Shown piece after piece: positions 17,470 to 26,029 of a stretch of 26,029 nucleotides of DNA (the first letter of the stretch is position 1; the number at the start of each line of letters is the position of its first letter). The notes beneath the pieces were generated by a model. It did no database searches, was not told the origin of the DNA, and was given only the letters and a program-made list of their open reading frames with translations. A program made the position numbers and the translations under genes. This DNA is from Candidatus Latescibacterota bacterium (lineage in GTDB: Bacteria; Latescibacterota; UBA2968), in the NCBI GenBank assembly GCA_038279365.1, contig JAYODI010000077.1:1777-27805 (forward strand), written 5' to 3'.

Positions 17470-18312
17470 TTAACAAAGGAGGTTGGGAAAGTAAAGGCCG
17501 TTGGGTGGTTGGTAATTGCCTTTGGCCATAAGGTTGAGTGGTTTTTTGATTTTTAGGCCTGAACTGAGGCACCAAAGCAGAAATGTGGTGTGGTGGGTGG
17601 GAAGCAGAAAAGAGAGGGTATCTAATTGTTGTGTGGCAAGGCCCAATATGAGTGTGCGTAAGTCGTCTTCAGTTTGTGCAAGGGTGTATCCATCGGCAGA
17701 AAGGCCGGTTGTGTAGGCGGTGAGTTGGTTGTTGCGAAAAATGCCCCAAACGTCTGTAAATGTATCTGGGCCCCGGTAGAAACCCAGTACTTGGTTGCAT
17801 AATGCGAGACAATCATTGTAATTGGATGGGTCTAATGCGACAATTTGAGCATTGTTGTGAGGTTTATTTTTAAATTTGCCTTCGATCCAAACCAGTGATT
17901 CAACAAGTGCAAATCCTAAAGATGTATATAACGAGAGTGATGTGGTATTGAAAGCATCTTGGGTGAGGCGAATGCTGGGTGCATCTTGAGCGCGTTTGAG
18001 CAAGTGTTCCATGAGTTTTCGCCCAATGCCGTGTCCTTGAAAATGAGGATGAACAGAGACGGGGCCAATAGAACGAATGGGACGTTTTTCATTCATAAAA
18101 GCAGACGCTATAACGCGATTGTTTTCTGTTGCAACAATGCCATAGATGTGCGGATTGGTGATGAGGCTTTGTGTGGCATGTGTGGCGTGGTTGCGGTCTG
18201 TGAAATATGACGGAAAACCGTGCTTTTGATCTACGGTCGTAAAGGCAATGTACATAGAGTCGGCACAGGTTTCTGTGTCGGTTTCAAATATTTGTCGAAT
18301 GGTTATAGACAT
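17470..18312 (-). CDS. GNAT-family N-acetyltransferase (two-domain type)
   Basis: Acetyl-CoA motif A 'IGPVSVHPHFQGHGIGRKLM' and motif B 'N..SLSLY.SLGF'. Confidence 0.88.
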   Translation of the reverse strand: MSITIRQIFETDTETCADSMYIAFTTVDQKHGFPSYFTDRNHATHATQSLITNPHIYGIVATENNRVIASAFMNEKRPIRSIGPVSVHPHFQGHGIGRKLMEHLLKRAQDAPSIRLTQDAFNTTSLSLYTSLGFALVESLVWIEGKFKNKPHNNAQIVALDPSNYNDCLALCNQVLGFYRGPDTFTDVWGIFRNNQLTAYTTGLSADGYTLAQTEDDLRTLILGLATQQLDTLSFLLPTHHTTFLLWCLSSGLKIKKPLNLMAKGNYQPPNGLYFPNLLC

Positions 18313-18459
18313 AAGTGCTCATTGTTCTAAAAGCCCTGTTTGGGCGCGTGGATGGCGACCTGAGTGATGTGAGACAATGCGTGTTTTTTAAAGGGTGTTG
18401 GTTTGTTATATTATGATGTGACATTTTGTAAATGTGAATTGTTTGTTTAAGGAGTGACC

Positions 18460-18897
18460 ATGGCACAAGCTGAAATGGGCGATGCTGTTCGTGTGTATTA
18501 TACTGCTGTTTTAGAAAATGGAACGATTGCCGAAGGCACACCCGAAGGAGAACCGTTTGAGTTTTCGGTGGGTGATCCCAGCGTGCGTGAAATGTTTACC
18601 AAAATCATTTTGGGTATGGAAGAAGGTGACAAACGCTCGGTGGTTTTAAAGCCTGAAGATGCTTTTGGCGTTTATAACCCTGAATATGTGGTTGAGATTG
18701 GGCGTGATAAGTTTCCACCCGATACACCACTTGATATTGGCACACAAATGGAAGTGCAGTCAGATCCAAGTGGCACACCTATTGATGTGGTGGTGAAAGC
18801 CGTTACAGATGAAACAGTGACATTGGATGCCAACCATCCATTGGCAGGACAAGTGATTACGCTAACGGTGCAATTGGTAGAAGTGGTAACTTGGTAG
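18460..18897 (+). CDS. FKBP-type peptidyl-prolyl isomerase, SlyD/SlpA-like (no His-rich tail)
   Basis: GDAVRVYYT..LENGT, 'PEDAFG', insert-in-flap region and 'VTLDANHPLAGQ'. AAGGAG RBS before ATG 18460. Confidence 0.9.
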   Translation: MAQAEMGDAVRVYYTAVLENGTIAEGTPEGEPFEFSVGDPSVREMFTKIILGMEEGDKRSVVLKPEDAFGVYNPEYVVEIGRDKFPPDTPLDIGTQMEVQSDPSGTPIDVVVKAVTDETVTLDANHPLAGQVITLTVQLVEVVTW

Positions 18898-18975
18898 TCG
18901 GTTTTGAATGATTTGAAATTTTGTCTGTGCCATATAAATTGAAGGAAAGGGTTGGCTTAAATAACGTGATCGATT

Positions 18976-19052
18976 AGGAAGACGGAAAAAGAGAGACGGA
19001 AAAAGAAAGATGAAACAATCATCGTGATTTTTCTCCCTTCTTTCTTCTTCCC
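18976..19052. repeat. Purine-rich short tandem repeat followed by a pyrimidine tract
   Basis: AGACGGAAAAAGA occurs at 18980-18992 and 18994-19006 (period 14). TTTTTCTCCCTTCTTTCTTCTTCCC follows at 19028-19052. Confidence 0.5.
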
Positions 19053-19106
19053 AATGTGAAACATAATTTAATCACGCATCCTAAATCATAAAGTAGAGGA
19101 ATTGAT

Positions 19107-19940
19107 ATGAAGCGTCAAACAGAGTTTGCACAAGTCATTGATACCATCGATGACATTCCGCGCGATTTATCTTTTCATCCGTGTGCGGTAACGGACCCTA
19201 AAGTTTTAAGTGTCGATCAGTTGGCGTTTTATAATGCAAATGGGTATGTGAAAGGGTTGCCGGTTTTTGATGAAGCAGAGGTGGTGACCCACCGTCGCTA
19301 TTTTGATTTGTTGTTGGAAAAGACCCTATCAGAAGGTGGCAACAGTTATTCGCTGAGTTCGGCGCACTTAAAATATGCAGGGGCATACGATTTATTGACC
19401 CATCCGCGCATTGTGGCCTATGTAAAAGATATTTTGGGTGACAATGTGATCGGGTGGGGTGCACATTATTTTTGCAAGTTGCCCAAAGATGGCAAACGAG
19501 TCTCTTGGCACCAAGATGCCAGTTATTGGCCCATGACACCTTCTAAAACAGTAACCGTTTGGCTGGCCATTGATGATGCCGATGTTGAAAATGCCTGTAT
19601 GCGATTTATTCCCACCTCGCATTTATATGGCCATTTGACGTATCGCTTAAGCGAAGATGATGAGCGCAATGTGCTTAATCAAACGGTTGAAAATGCCGAA
19701 GATTTGGGTGAACCTGTGGATGTGGAATTGAAAGCGGGTGAAATTTCGATGCACAGTGATCTGTTGTTGCACGGCTCAGAAGCCAATGCGTCTGATCGGC
19801 GTCGGTGTGGCATTACACTGCGATATTGTACAACAGATGTTCGAGCCTATATGGGGTGGCACGATAAGGGTGTGGTGGTTAGTGGTGAAGATAAAGATGG
19901 CTTTTGGACAAATCCTCCCAGACCCGAGCAGGTGTTATGA
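19107..19940 (+). CDS. Phytanoyl-CoA dioxygenase (PhyH)-family Fe(II)/2-oxoglutarate dioxygenase
   Basis: WHQDASYW (HxD), TVWLAIDD...ENACMRFIP.SH and LLHGS..N.S..RR. GAGGA RBS. Confidence 0.9.
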   Translation: MKRQTEFAQVIDTIDDIPRDLSFHPCAVTDPKVLSVDQLAFYNANGYVKGLPVFDEAEVVTHRRYFDLLLEKTLSEGGNSYSLSSAHLKYAGAYDLLTHPRIVAYVKDILGDNVIGWGAHYFCKLPKDGKRVSWHQDASYWPMTPSKTVTVWLAIDDADVENACMRFIPTSHLYGHLTYRLSEDDERNVLNQTVENAEDLGEPVDVELKAGEISMHSDLLLHGSEANASDRRRCGITLRYCTTDVRAYMGWHDKGVVVSGEDKDGFWTNPPRPEQVL

Positions 19941-19972
19941 TGCATATTGTACGTTTATATCGCGGCCAGAGT

Positions 19973-20494
19973 ATGCACCAACTGAAATGGGTATGGTGCG
20001 TTGTTCTTTTTTTTGTTGCTTGTGGGCCAGACCTTCAGGTGGTTCAAGAAGAAGGTGTTGAATATCAGGTTTATTTATCTAAAGACACTGGTCAAGTGGT
20101 TCGGCACGGATATTTTAAAGCCTTTTATGAAAGCGGCAATCCCAAAACTGTTGGGCAATATGCACATGGAATGCGTTCGGGCCTGTGGACAAATTGGCAT
20201 GAAAACGGCCAAAAGCAGGGCGAGATGGATTGGGTTGAGGGGCACCCCAAGGGTATGGTGATTGAGTGGTATGAAAATGGTCAAAAGAAAAATGAAGGAT
20301 TTTGGAAAGACAACGGTCGTCACGGGCTTTCAACCTGGTGGTATGACACGGGCATCAAAGAAAAAGAAGTGACCTATGTAAATGGTGAACCCGATGGCAT
20401 ATGGGTCTATTGGGATTCAACGGGGGCTGTGGTCAAAAAACAATATTGGGAACAGGGAAAGTTTTTGCGTGTAGAGCCCGATACTATGCCGTAA
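19973..20494 (+). CDS. MORN-variant repeat (YwqK-like) putative lipoprotein; start uncertain (19937/19940/19973)
   Basis: Repeated G.W..W.ENGQK..E units and a lipobox-like VVLFFVAC-G. Confidence 0.75.
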   Translation: MHQLKWVWCVVLFFVACGPDLQVVQEEGVEYQVYLSKDTGQVVRHGYFKAFYESGNPKTVGQYAHGMRSGLWTNWHENGQKQGEMDWVEGHPKGMVIEWYENGQKKNEGFWKDNGRHGLSTWWYDTGIKEKEVTYVNGEPDGIWVYWDSTGAVVKKQYWEQGKFLRVEPDTMP

Positions 20495-20538
20495 AGATGT
20501 GAAAATGCCTGTATTAAAGAGACAGGTGATTGTGTCTC

Positions 20539-20567
20539 TTGACAGGTGAAAAGATCGCGACTATTCT
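20539..20567 (+). promoter_or_regulatory. Sigma70-type promoter upstream of polA
   Basis: TTGACA (20539-20544), 17-nt spacer, TATTCT (20562-20567). Confidence 0.7.
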
Positions 20568-20570
20568 TAA

Positions 20571-20630
20571 AGCAGTCAGCAGTCAGCAGTCAGCAGTCAG
20601 CAGTCAGCAGTCAGCAGTCAGCAGTCAGCA
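20571..20630 (+). repeat. Perfect heptanucleotide tandem repeat (AGCAGTC)x8 + AGCA
   Basis: 60 nt of uninterrupted period-7 repeat read directly from the sequence. Confidence 0.98.
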
Positions 20631-20804
20631 TCAATCATAACGCTATGATGAGGGTGGGTGGGCTGAATGTTGATTTTTTATTGCTTGTTCGTGCTCATGT
20701 GTAAAGTGAACATACAGCAACATCCTAAAGGTTATCCATGAGATTCGAATCAATGGTGATCATCTTTATGTTTTTTGACCGTGTGTTTTGACTTTGGAGA
20801 TTTT

Positions 20805-23585
20805 ATGTCTGAGAAGAAGTTGTTTTTGTTAGATGGCATGGCCTTGATTTATCGTGGACATTTTGCTCTTATGCGCAATCCTCGGTTGACGTCAACAGGT
20901 ATGAATACATCAACGTTGTTTGTGCTCACCAATACGTTGTTGGATATTTTGAACACCGAAAAACCGTCTCATATTGCAGCGGTTTTTGATACACCTGAGC
21001 CGACACATCGGCACAAAATGTATCAAGAATACAAGGCACAACGCGAAGCCATGCCAGAAGATTTGAGTGCGGCCATTCCGTATGTGTTTACGTTGTGCGA
21101 GGCATTTAATGTGCCGGTGATTCGCATGCCGGGTTGGGAAGCCGATGATGTGATTGGCACATTGGCACGCATTGCCGAAGAAGATGGTTTTACGACTTAT
21201 ATGGTGACACCCGACAAAGATTATGCACAGTTGGTGTCGGACAAAACATTTATGAGCAAACCGGGTAAAGGTGGTAATAAGGCAGAAGTTTTGGGAGTGC
21301 CAGAAATTTTGGAACAGTGGCAAATTGAGCGTGTGGATCAAGTGATTGATGTTTTGGGTTTAATGGGAGATACCAGCGACAATATTCCGGGTGTGCCGGG
21401 CATTGGGCCAAAAACTGCACAAAAGCTCATTGCACAATATGGCAGTGTTGAAGGCTTGTTAGATCATGTGGATGAATTGAAGGGCAAACAAAAAGAAAAT
21501 TTGGAAACATACCGTGACCAAGCTTTGTTGTCTAAAACCTTGGTCACTATTGAGCGCAATGTGCCAATTGAAATTGGTTTGGATGATTTGGTGGTCAAAG
21601 AAAAGAATATTGAAAAGTTAAAAGCTTTATTTGCCGAGTTGGAGTTTCAAACATTGGGGCAGCGTGTGTTTGGCGAGCAATTTAGCGCAGGCCCCCAACA
21701 AACATTGTTGTTTGGCGATGAGACACCTTCATCATCTGCGGCGGTGGAAGAGACGGTTCCTGAGTATAAAACGATTGCAGATGTGAAACACGACTATCAA
21801 TTGGTGAATACACCCGAAAAACGTGCGGCATTGATTGCAGAACTTGAGAAAAAATCTTCGTTTTGTTTTGATACAGAAACGACGGGGTTAAACCCACGCA
21901 CATGCCAGTTGATTGGCATGGCATTTTCTTGGGCGGCACACACAGGCTATTATGTGGTGATGCCTGAAGATGCCGATGAAAACAAAAAGGTGTTGGAAGA
22001 ATTTCGAGGCGTGTTGGAAAACACGGCGGGTGAGAAAATAGGTCACAATTTGAAGTTTGATATTTCTGTGTTGTTGTGGCAAGGCATTCGGGTGCAGGGC
22101 AAGTTGTTTGATACCATGTTGGCGGCATCTGTGGCCACGCCCGATTTAAGGCGCAGCATGGATTATTTGGCACAGGCCTTGTTGGGGTATCAACCTGTGA
22201 AGATTACATCGTTGATTGGCGAAAAAGAAAAAGACACCAAACAAAAGACTTTGCGCGAAGTGCCCTTAGAGCAGGTTGTCGAATATGCCGCTGAAGATGC
22301 AGATATTACGTTTCAATTGGCCGAAGTGTTTCGACCCAAGATTGAAGAAATGGGGCAAACGCGTGTATTTGAGGAGGTCGAGTGTCCATTGGTGCCCGTT
22401 TTGGCCCATATGGAATATGAAGGCATTCGGATGGATGTGGATGTGATTCAGGCATTATCTAAAGAATTAGAATTTGAATTGGGTCATTTGCGCACGACCA
22501 TTTTTGAGCAAGCCGATGGTGAGTTCAATTTGAATTCGCCCAAGCAATTGGGCGAGGTTTTGTTTGATAAGTTGCAATTGGATGCCAATGCTCGCAAAAC
22601 AAAAACGGGGCAATATCAGACCAATGAAGCCACGTTACAACGGTTGGCTTATCGGCATGAAGTGGTTGATCAAATTTTGCAGTATCGCACGTATTCAAAG
22701 CTGAAATCGACATACTTAGACACATTGCCCAGTGCGATATTTAAAGCCACAGGGCGCGTACACACACATTATGAACAAGCCGTAACAGCCACAGGGCGTT
22801 TGCAATCACACGACCCCAATTTGCAGAACATTCCTATTCGCACAGAAAAAGGACGTGAGATTCGCAAAGCGTTTGTGCCACGTAATGACGATTATACCTT
22901 GTTGTCGGCAGATTATTCACAAATTGAATTGCGCGTGGCCGCAGAACTCAGTGGCGATGCGGGCATGGTAGAAGTTTTTCAGCAAGGTGGTGATATTCAC
23001 ACGGCCACAGCGGTCAAGATTTATGGCCTAAGTGAAGATCATGTCACAGCCGATATGCGCCGACAGGCCAAGACGGTAAATTTTGGCATTATTTATGGCA
23101 TTTCGGCTTTTGGGTTGGCTGAGCGCTTGGATGTATCGCGGTCTCAGGCCAATGAGTTGATTACACAGTATTTTGATCAATTTCCGGGCGCCAAAGCCTA
23201 CATGGATGAAACCATTGCATTTGCCGTAGAACACGGATATGTCGAAACCATTACAGGACGGCGCAGATATTTGCGCGATATTCATTCGCGCAATGCCACC
23301 ACGCGCAAAGGTGCCGAACGCAATGCCATTAACTCTCGTATTCAAGGCACGGCTGCTGATATGATCAAAATAGCCATGACACGTGTACATCATGACATTC
23401 GCGAACGCAATTTGAAAACACGCATGTTGCTTCAGGTACACGATGAATTGGTGTTTGATCTATATAAAGAAGAAGAAGAAGAAGTAAAGACTTTGGTTGA
23501 AAAGGCCATGAAAAATGCCATTCCAATGTCGGTGCCCATTGAGATCGAAATGGGAACGGGTGATAATTGGTTAGAGGCACATTAA
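20805..23585 (+). CDS. polA: DNA polymerase I (5'-3' exo, 3'-5' exo, polymerase domains)
   Basis: LLDGMALIYR, EADDVIGTL, GDTSDNIPGVPGIGPKTA, FDTETTGL, ATGRLQS.DPNLQNIP, SADYSQIELR, RRQAKTVNFGIIYG and LQVHDELVF. GGAGA RBS before ATG 20805. Confidence 0.98.
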   Translation: MSEKKLFLLDGMALIYRGHFALMRNPRLTSTGMNTSTLFVLTNTLLDILNTEKPSHIAAVFDTPEPTHRHKMYQEYKAQREAMPEDLSAAIPYVFTLCEAFNVPVIRMPGWEADDVIGTLARIAEEDGFTTYMVTPDKDYAQLVSDKTFMSKPGKGGNKAEVLGVPEILEQWQIERVDQVIDVLGLMGDTSDNIPGVPGIGPKTAQKLIAQYGSVEGLLDHVDELKGKQKENLETYRDQALLSKTLVTIERNVPIEIGLDDLVVKEKNIEKLKALFAELEFQTLGQRVFGEQFSAGPQQTLLFGDETPSSSAAVEETVPEYKTIADVKHDYQLVNTPEKRAALIAELEKKSSFCFDTETTGLNPRTCQLIGMAFSWAAHTGYYVVMPEDADENKKVLEEFRGVLENTAGEKIGHNLKFDISVLLWQGIRVQGKLFDTMLAASVATPDLRRSMDYLAQALLGYQPVKITSLIGEKEKDTKQKTLREVPLEQVVEYAAEDADITFQLAEVFRPKIEEMGQTRVFEEVECPLVPVLAHMEYEGIRMDVDVIQALSKELEFELGHLRTTIFEQADGEFNLNSPKQLGEVLFDKLQLDANARKTKTGQYQTNEATLQRLAYRHEVVDQILQYRTYSKLKSTYLDTLPSAIFKATGRVHTHYEQAVTATGRLQSHDPNLQNIPIRTEKGREIRKAFVPRNDDYTLLSADYSQIELRVAAELSGDAGMVEVFQQGGDIHTATAVKIYGLSEDHVTADMRRQAKTVNFGIIYGISAFGLAERLDVSRSQANELITQYFDQFPGAKAYMDETIAFAVEHGYVETITGRRRYLRDIHSRNATTRKGAERNAINSRIQGTAADMIKIAMTRVHHDIRERNLKTRMLLQVHDELVFDLYKEEEEEVKTLVEKAMKNAIPMSVPIEIEMGTGDNWLEAH

Positions 23586-23657
23586 TTAAAAAGCTTGTAT
23601 GATGTTATTTCAATCGCTATTTTTTGTCTGTCGAGATTGAAATGGGAGGGTGTCGAC

Positions 23658-24026
23658 TTGGCTGATATTTTGGTGATTGAAGACAGTCCTGAGGTGCGTA
23701 CGATTATTCGCACGATGTTGGAAAAAAAAGGCCATCAGGTTCGAGAAGCTGTTGATGGTGAAGAAGGTTTGGCTCAATTTTTGGAACACCGACCTGATTT
23801 GGTTATGACAGATTTGTTTATGCCCAAAAAGGCAGGCATTGAAACCATTTCTGATTTGTTGGAAATTGATCCCAAAGTCAAGATTGTTGCAATGACCGCC
23901 CACGGTTCTGATGAGCAGTATGACTTTTTAAGGGTTGCCGAGGCGTTGGGAGCCATTGCGACTTTAGAGAAGCCTTTTGTGGCCAAAGATTTAATACATA
24001 TTGTAACAACCGCATTGGATAGATAA
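23658..24026 (+). CDS. Single-domain response regulator (receiver only)
   Basis: ILVIEDS, TDLFMP (phospho-Asp), AMTA and EKPF. TTG start at 23658 follows GGGAGG. Confidence 0.88.
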   Translation: MADILVIEDSPEVRTIIRTMLEKKGHQVREAVDGEEGLAQFLEHRPDLVMTDLFMPKKAGIETISDLLEIDPKVKIVAMTAHGSDEQYDFLRVAEALGAIATLEKPFVAKDLIHIVTTALDR

Positions 24027-24055
24027 TCCTATTCGGTCTTGTTTTGAATGATGAG

Positions 24056-24096
24056 AAACGCCCTCGAAAGCCATGGCTTCCGAGGGTGTTTGTTTC
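24056..24096 (+). terminator. Putative intrinsic terminator after the receiver gene
   Basis: AAACGCCCTCG-A-AAGC...GCTT-C-CGAGGGTGTTT hairpin followed by GTTTC. Confidence 0.6.
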
Positions 24097-24310
24097 ATGT
24101 GTATTGCCGTTGGTGCTTTTCCAACATTTTTGGGGGTTATGCGACAATTTTGCGAAAATGCGCCACATTGATAATTTTGCGATTTTATTATTAGTGTATG
24201 TTTTATAGTGACTTATGGGTAGTCGATTTCGTTTTGGTATTTTGGTACACTCTTTGCGCTTATATGGCCGATATGGTTTATCAGGCAATGATGCTTGGGA
24301 GTTTTACAGT

Positions 24311-25993
24311 ATGGCCAATATTATGATTGTTGAAGATGAAGGCATTGTGGCGCGCGATATTCGCAGTCGATTGACCAAAATGGGTTACGATGTGGTTGCC
24401 GTTGCTGATTCGGGTGAAATGGCCTTAAAACTGGTGGCAGAAGTGCGTCCAGACTTGGTTTTGATGGATATTATCCTCAAGGGTGAATTGGACGGCACAC
24501 AAACGGCGCGTCAGTTGTACGATGATTATCATATCCCTGTCATTTATCTCACTGCCCATGCCGATTATGCAACCGTACAGCGTGCCAAAGAGTCCGAACC
24601 CTTTGGATATGTGGTGAAACCCTTTCAGGAATTAGACTTAAAAACTTCTATTGAAATGGCCTTGATCAAGCATCAGTCGGAAATGCGTTTGCGCCAATCG
24701 ACATTGACATTGCAAGAAAGCAATGAGTTACTTGAAAAACGCGTGGCTGAGCGCACGGCCAATTTAGAAGAAGCCATTGTTTTATTAAAGCAAGAAATTC
24801 AAGAACGCAAAATGGCTCAAAAAACATTACAAGAGCGCGATTGGCAACTGAGACAGGCGCAAAAAATGGAGGCCATAGGGCGTTTGGCTGGCGGTGTGAC
24901 ACACGATTTTAACAATCAGTTGGCCATTATCAAAGGGTATTTGGATATGGCCGTGGAACAATTGGGAGAGCACCCGCCCGTAACGCGTTACTTGAACCAA
25001 ATTGGAGGTGCTGTTGATCGGGCAACGGGTTTAACCAGACAGCTTTTGTTGTTTACCAGCCATCAACCAGTTGATCTAAAAGTGATCAATTTGAATCATC
25101 AGATTGATGATTTTAAAGAGATGTTGCGGCGTTTGTTGCGCGAAGATATTGCGTTGGAAGTTGATCTGGAAGAGGCCTTGTGGTCTGTGCGTGCCGATGC
25201 GGTAAATATAGATCAAGTGGTGACCAATTTGGTCGTGAATGCACGAGATGCCATGCCTCGGGGTGGCAAACTGACCATTCAAACACGCAATGTGGTGTTG
25301 TCTGCTGACCAAGTGTCTGATCCTGTGGCATTCCATTCTGGCGAATATGTGCATTTAATGGTGCGTGATACGGGTGAAGGAATGAAACCCGAAACGTTGA
25401 GCAAAATTTTTGAACCGTTTTTTACCACCAAAGCACGCGGAGATGGCACGGGGTTGGGTTTGGCAGTGGTTTATGGTATTGTGCAATCACATGGAGGCTG
25501 GATTTCGGCAGAAAGCGTGCCTCAAAATGGCAGTTGTTTTCATGTTTATTTGCCTAAATGTGAACAAAATAAAACAGAAGAAAAAGCCCATTTGACCAAA
25601 CGGGCGAGCAGTTACAGAGGGTCTGGTGAACATCTGTTGATTGTTGAAGATGACACATATCTACGCAATATGTTGGTGGTGATGCTCGAAGAGCAGGGGT
25701 ATGTTGTTTATGCTTGTGGAAATCAAAAAGATGCGCGTCAATTGATAGAGAATAATGAACTTATTCAACTTATTTTGACAGATGTGATGCTTCCCGATGG
25801 GCGAGGAACTGAAATGGCATTGGATGTTCAAAAAAGTCATCCAGGCCTGCATACGATACTGATGACTGGCTATCCGGGTACGCATTTGGATTTAACAAAT
25901 ATTCGGGCCGCAGGGCTTCAGTTGATTCAAAAACCCATTGCCAGACAAGATTTGTTGAACATTATACATGATGCATCGCGGATTCAAGTTTGA
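24311..25993 (+). CDS. Cytoplasmic hybrid histidine kinase (REC - coiled coil - HisKA - HATPase - REC)
   Basis: N-terminal REC (IVEDE, LMDI, KPF). H-box [13 protein letters not shown]-box [11 protein letters not shown]1 [15 protein letters not shown]2 GTGLGL. C-terminal REC (VEDD, LTDV, QKP). Start taken at ATG 24311. Confidence 0.92.
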   Translation: MANIMIVEDEGIVARDIRSRLTKMGYDVVAVADSGEMALKLVAEVRPDLVLMDIILKGELDGTQTARQLYDDYHIPVIYLTAHADYATVQRAKESEPFGYVVKPFQELDLKTSIEMALIKHQSEMRLRQSTLTLQESNELLEKRVAERTANLEEAIVLLKQEIQERKMAQKTLQERDWQLRQAQKMEAIGRLAGGVTHDFNNQLAIIKGYLDMAVEQLGEHPPVTRYLNQIGGAVDRATGLTRQLLLFTSHQPVDLKVINLNHQIDDFKEMLRRLLREDIALEVDLEEALWSVRADAVNIDQVVTNLVVNARDAMPRGGKLTIQTRNVVLSADQVSDPVAFHSGEYVHLMVRDTGEGMKPETLSKIFEPFFTTKARGDGTGLGLAVVYGIVQSHGGWISAESVPQNGSCFHVYLPKCEQNKTEEKAHLTKRASSYRGSGEHLLIVEDDTYLRNMLVVMLEEQGYVVYACGNQKDARQLIENNELIQLILTDVMLPDGRGTEMALDVQKSHPGLHTILMTGYPGTHLDLTNIRAAGLQLIQKPIARQDLLNIIHDASRIQV

Positions 25994-26029
25994 AGTGCAA
26001 CAATAGGTTTATGAGTTGGCTGAGTCCAG

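Noticed and set aside
19973..20494. Calling the MORN protein a toxin-antitoxin antitoxin
   Set aside because: The YwqK label reflects generic repeats, and no cognate toxin is adjacent.
20571..20630. Repeat array as a CRISPR or coding repeat
   Set aside because: There are no spacers, the unit is only 7 nt, and no cas genes are present. The short ORFs crossing it overlap the promoter and lack an RBS.
20732..20740. DnaA-box-like TTATCCATG upstream of polA
   Set aside because: It has two mismatches to TTATCCACA and is single-copy, so it is expected by chance.
26011..26029. Possible start of a next gene (MSWLSP...)
   Set aside because: Only six codons are visible before the window ends, so it cannot be supported.

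Overview
This 26-kb bacterial chromosomal window is mostly ordinary metabolic and housekeeping DNA. I see no rRNA, tRNA, CRISPR array, integrase or transposase. From 751 to 18312 it is almost entirely minus-strand. That block carries glycan-related genes: an Asp-box sialidase-like protein, a Cys-type sulfatase, a GT2-like protein, two heparinase II/III-like paralogues, an unknown 689-aa secreted protein and an SGNH-TPR protein. It also carries a YbdG-type MscS channel, a membrane-anchored MutS-domain ATPase and a GNAT. A small, compositionally foreign islet (~6740-7500) holds an intact MNT antitoxin, an internally deleted HEPN/DUF86 toxin remnant and a truncated XRE-type antitoxin; the last two are missing from the ORF track. 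The right third is plus-strand: FKBP PPIase, PhyH-family dioxygenase, MORN-repeat lipoprotein, polA, a stand-alone receiver and a sensorless hybrid kinase. The most intriguing non-coding signals are two. One is a near-consensus sigma70 promoter firing straight into an (AGCAGTC)8.6 array that can fold back onto a downstream anti-repeat plus U-tract in the polA leader. The other is a multi-hairpin element upstream of the MscS gene. I cannot demonstrate a complete new system from sequence alone; these are candidates. The gene content is reminiscent of glycan-degrading lineages such as Latescibacterota, Poribacteria or PVC, but that is only an impression.
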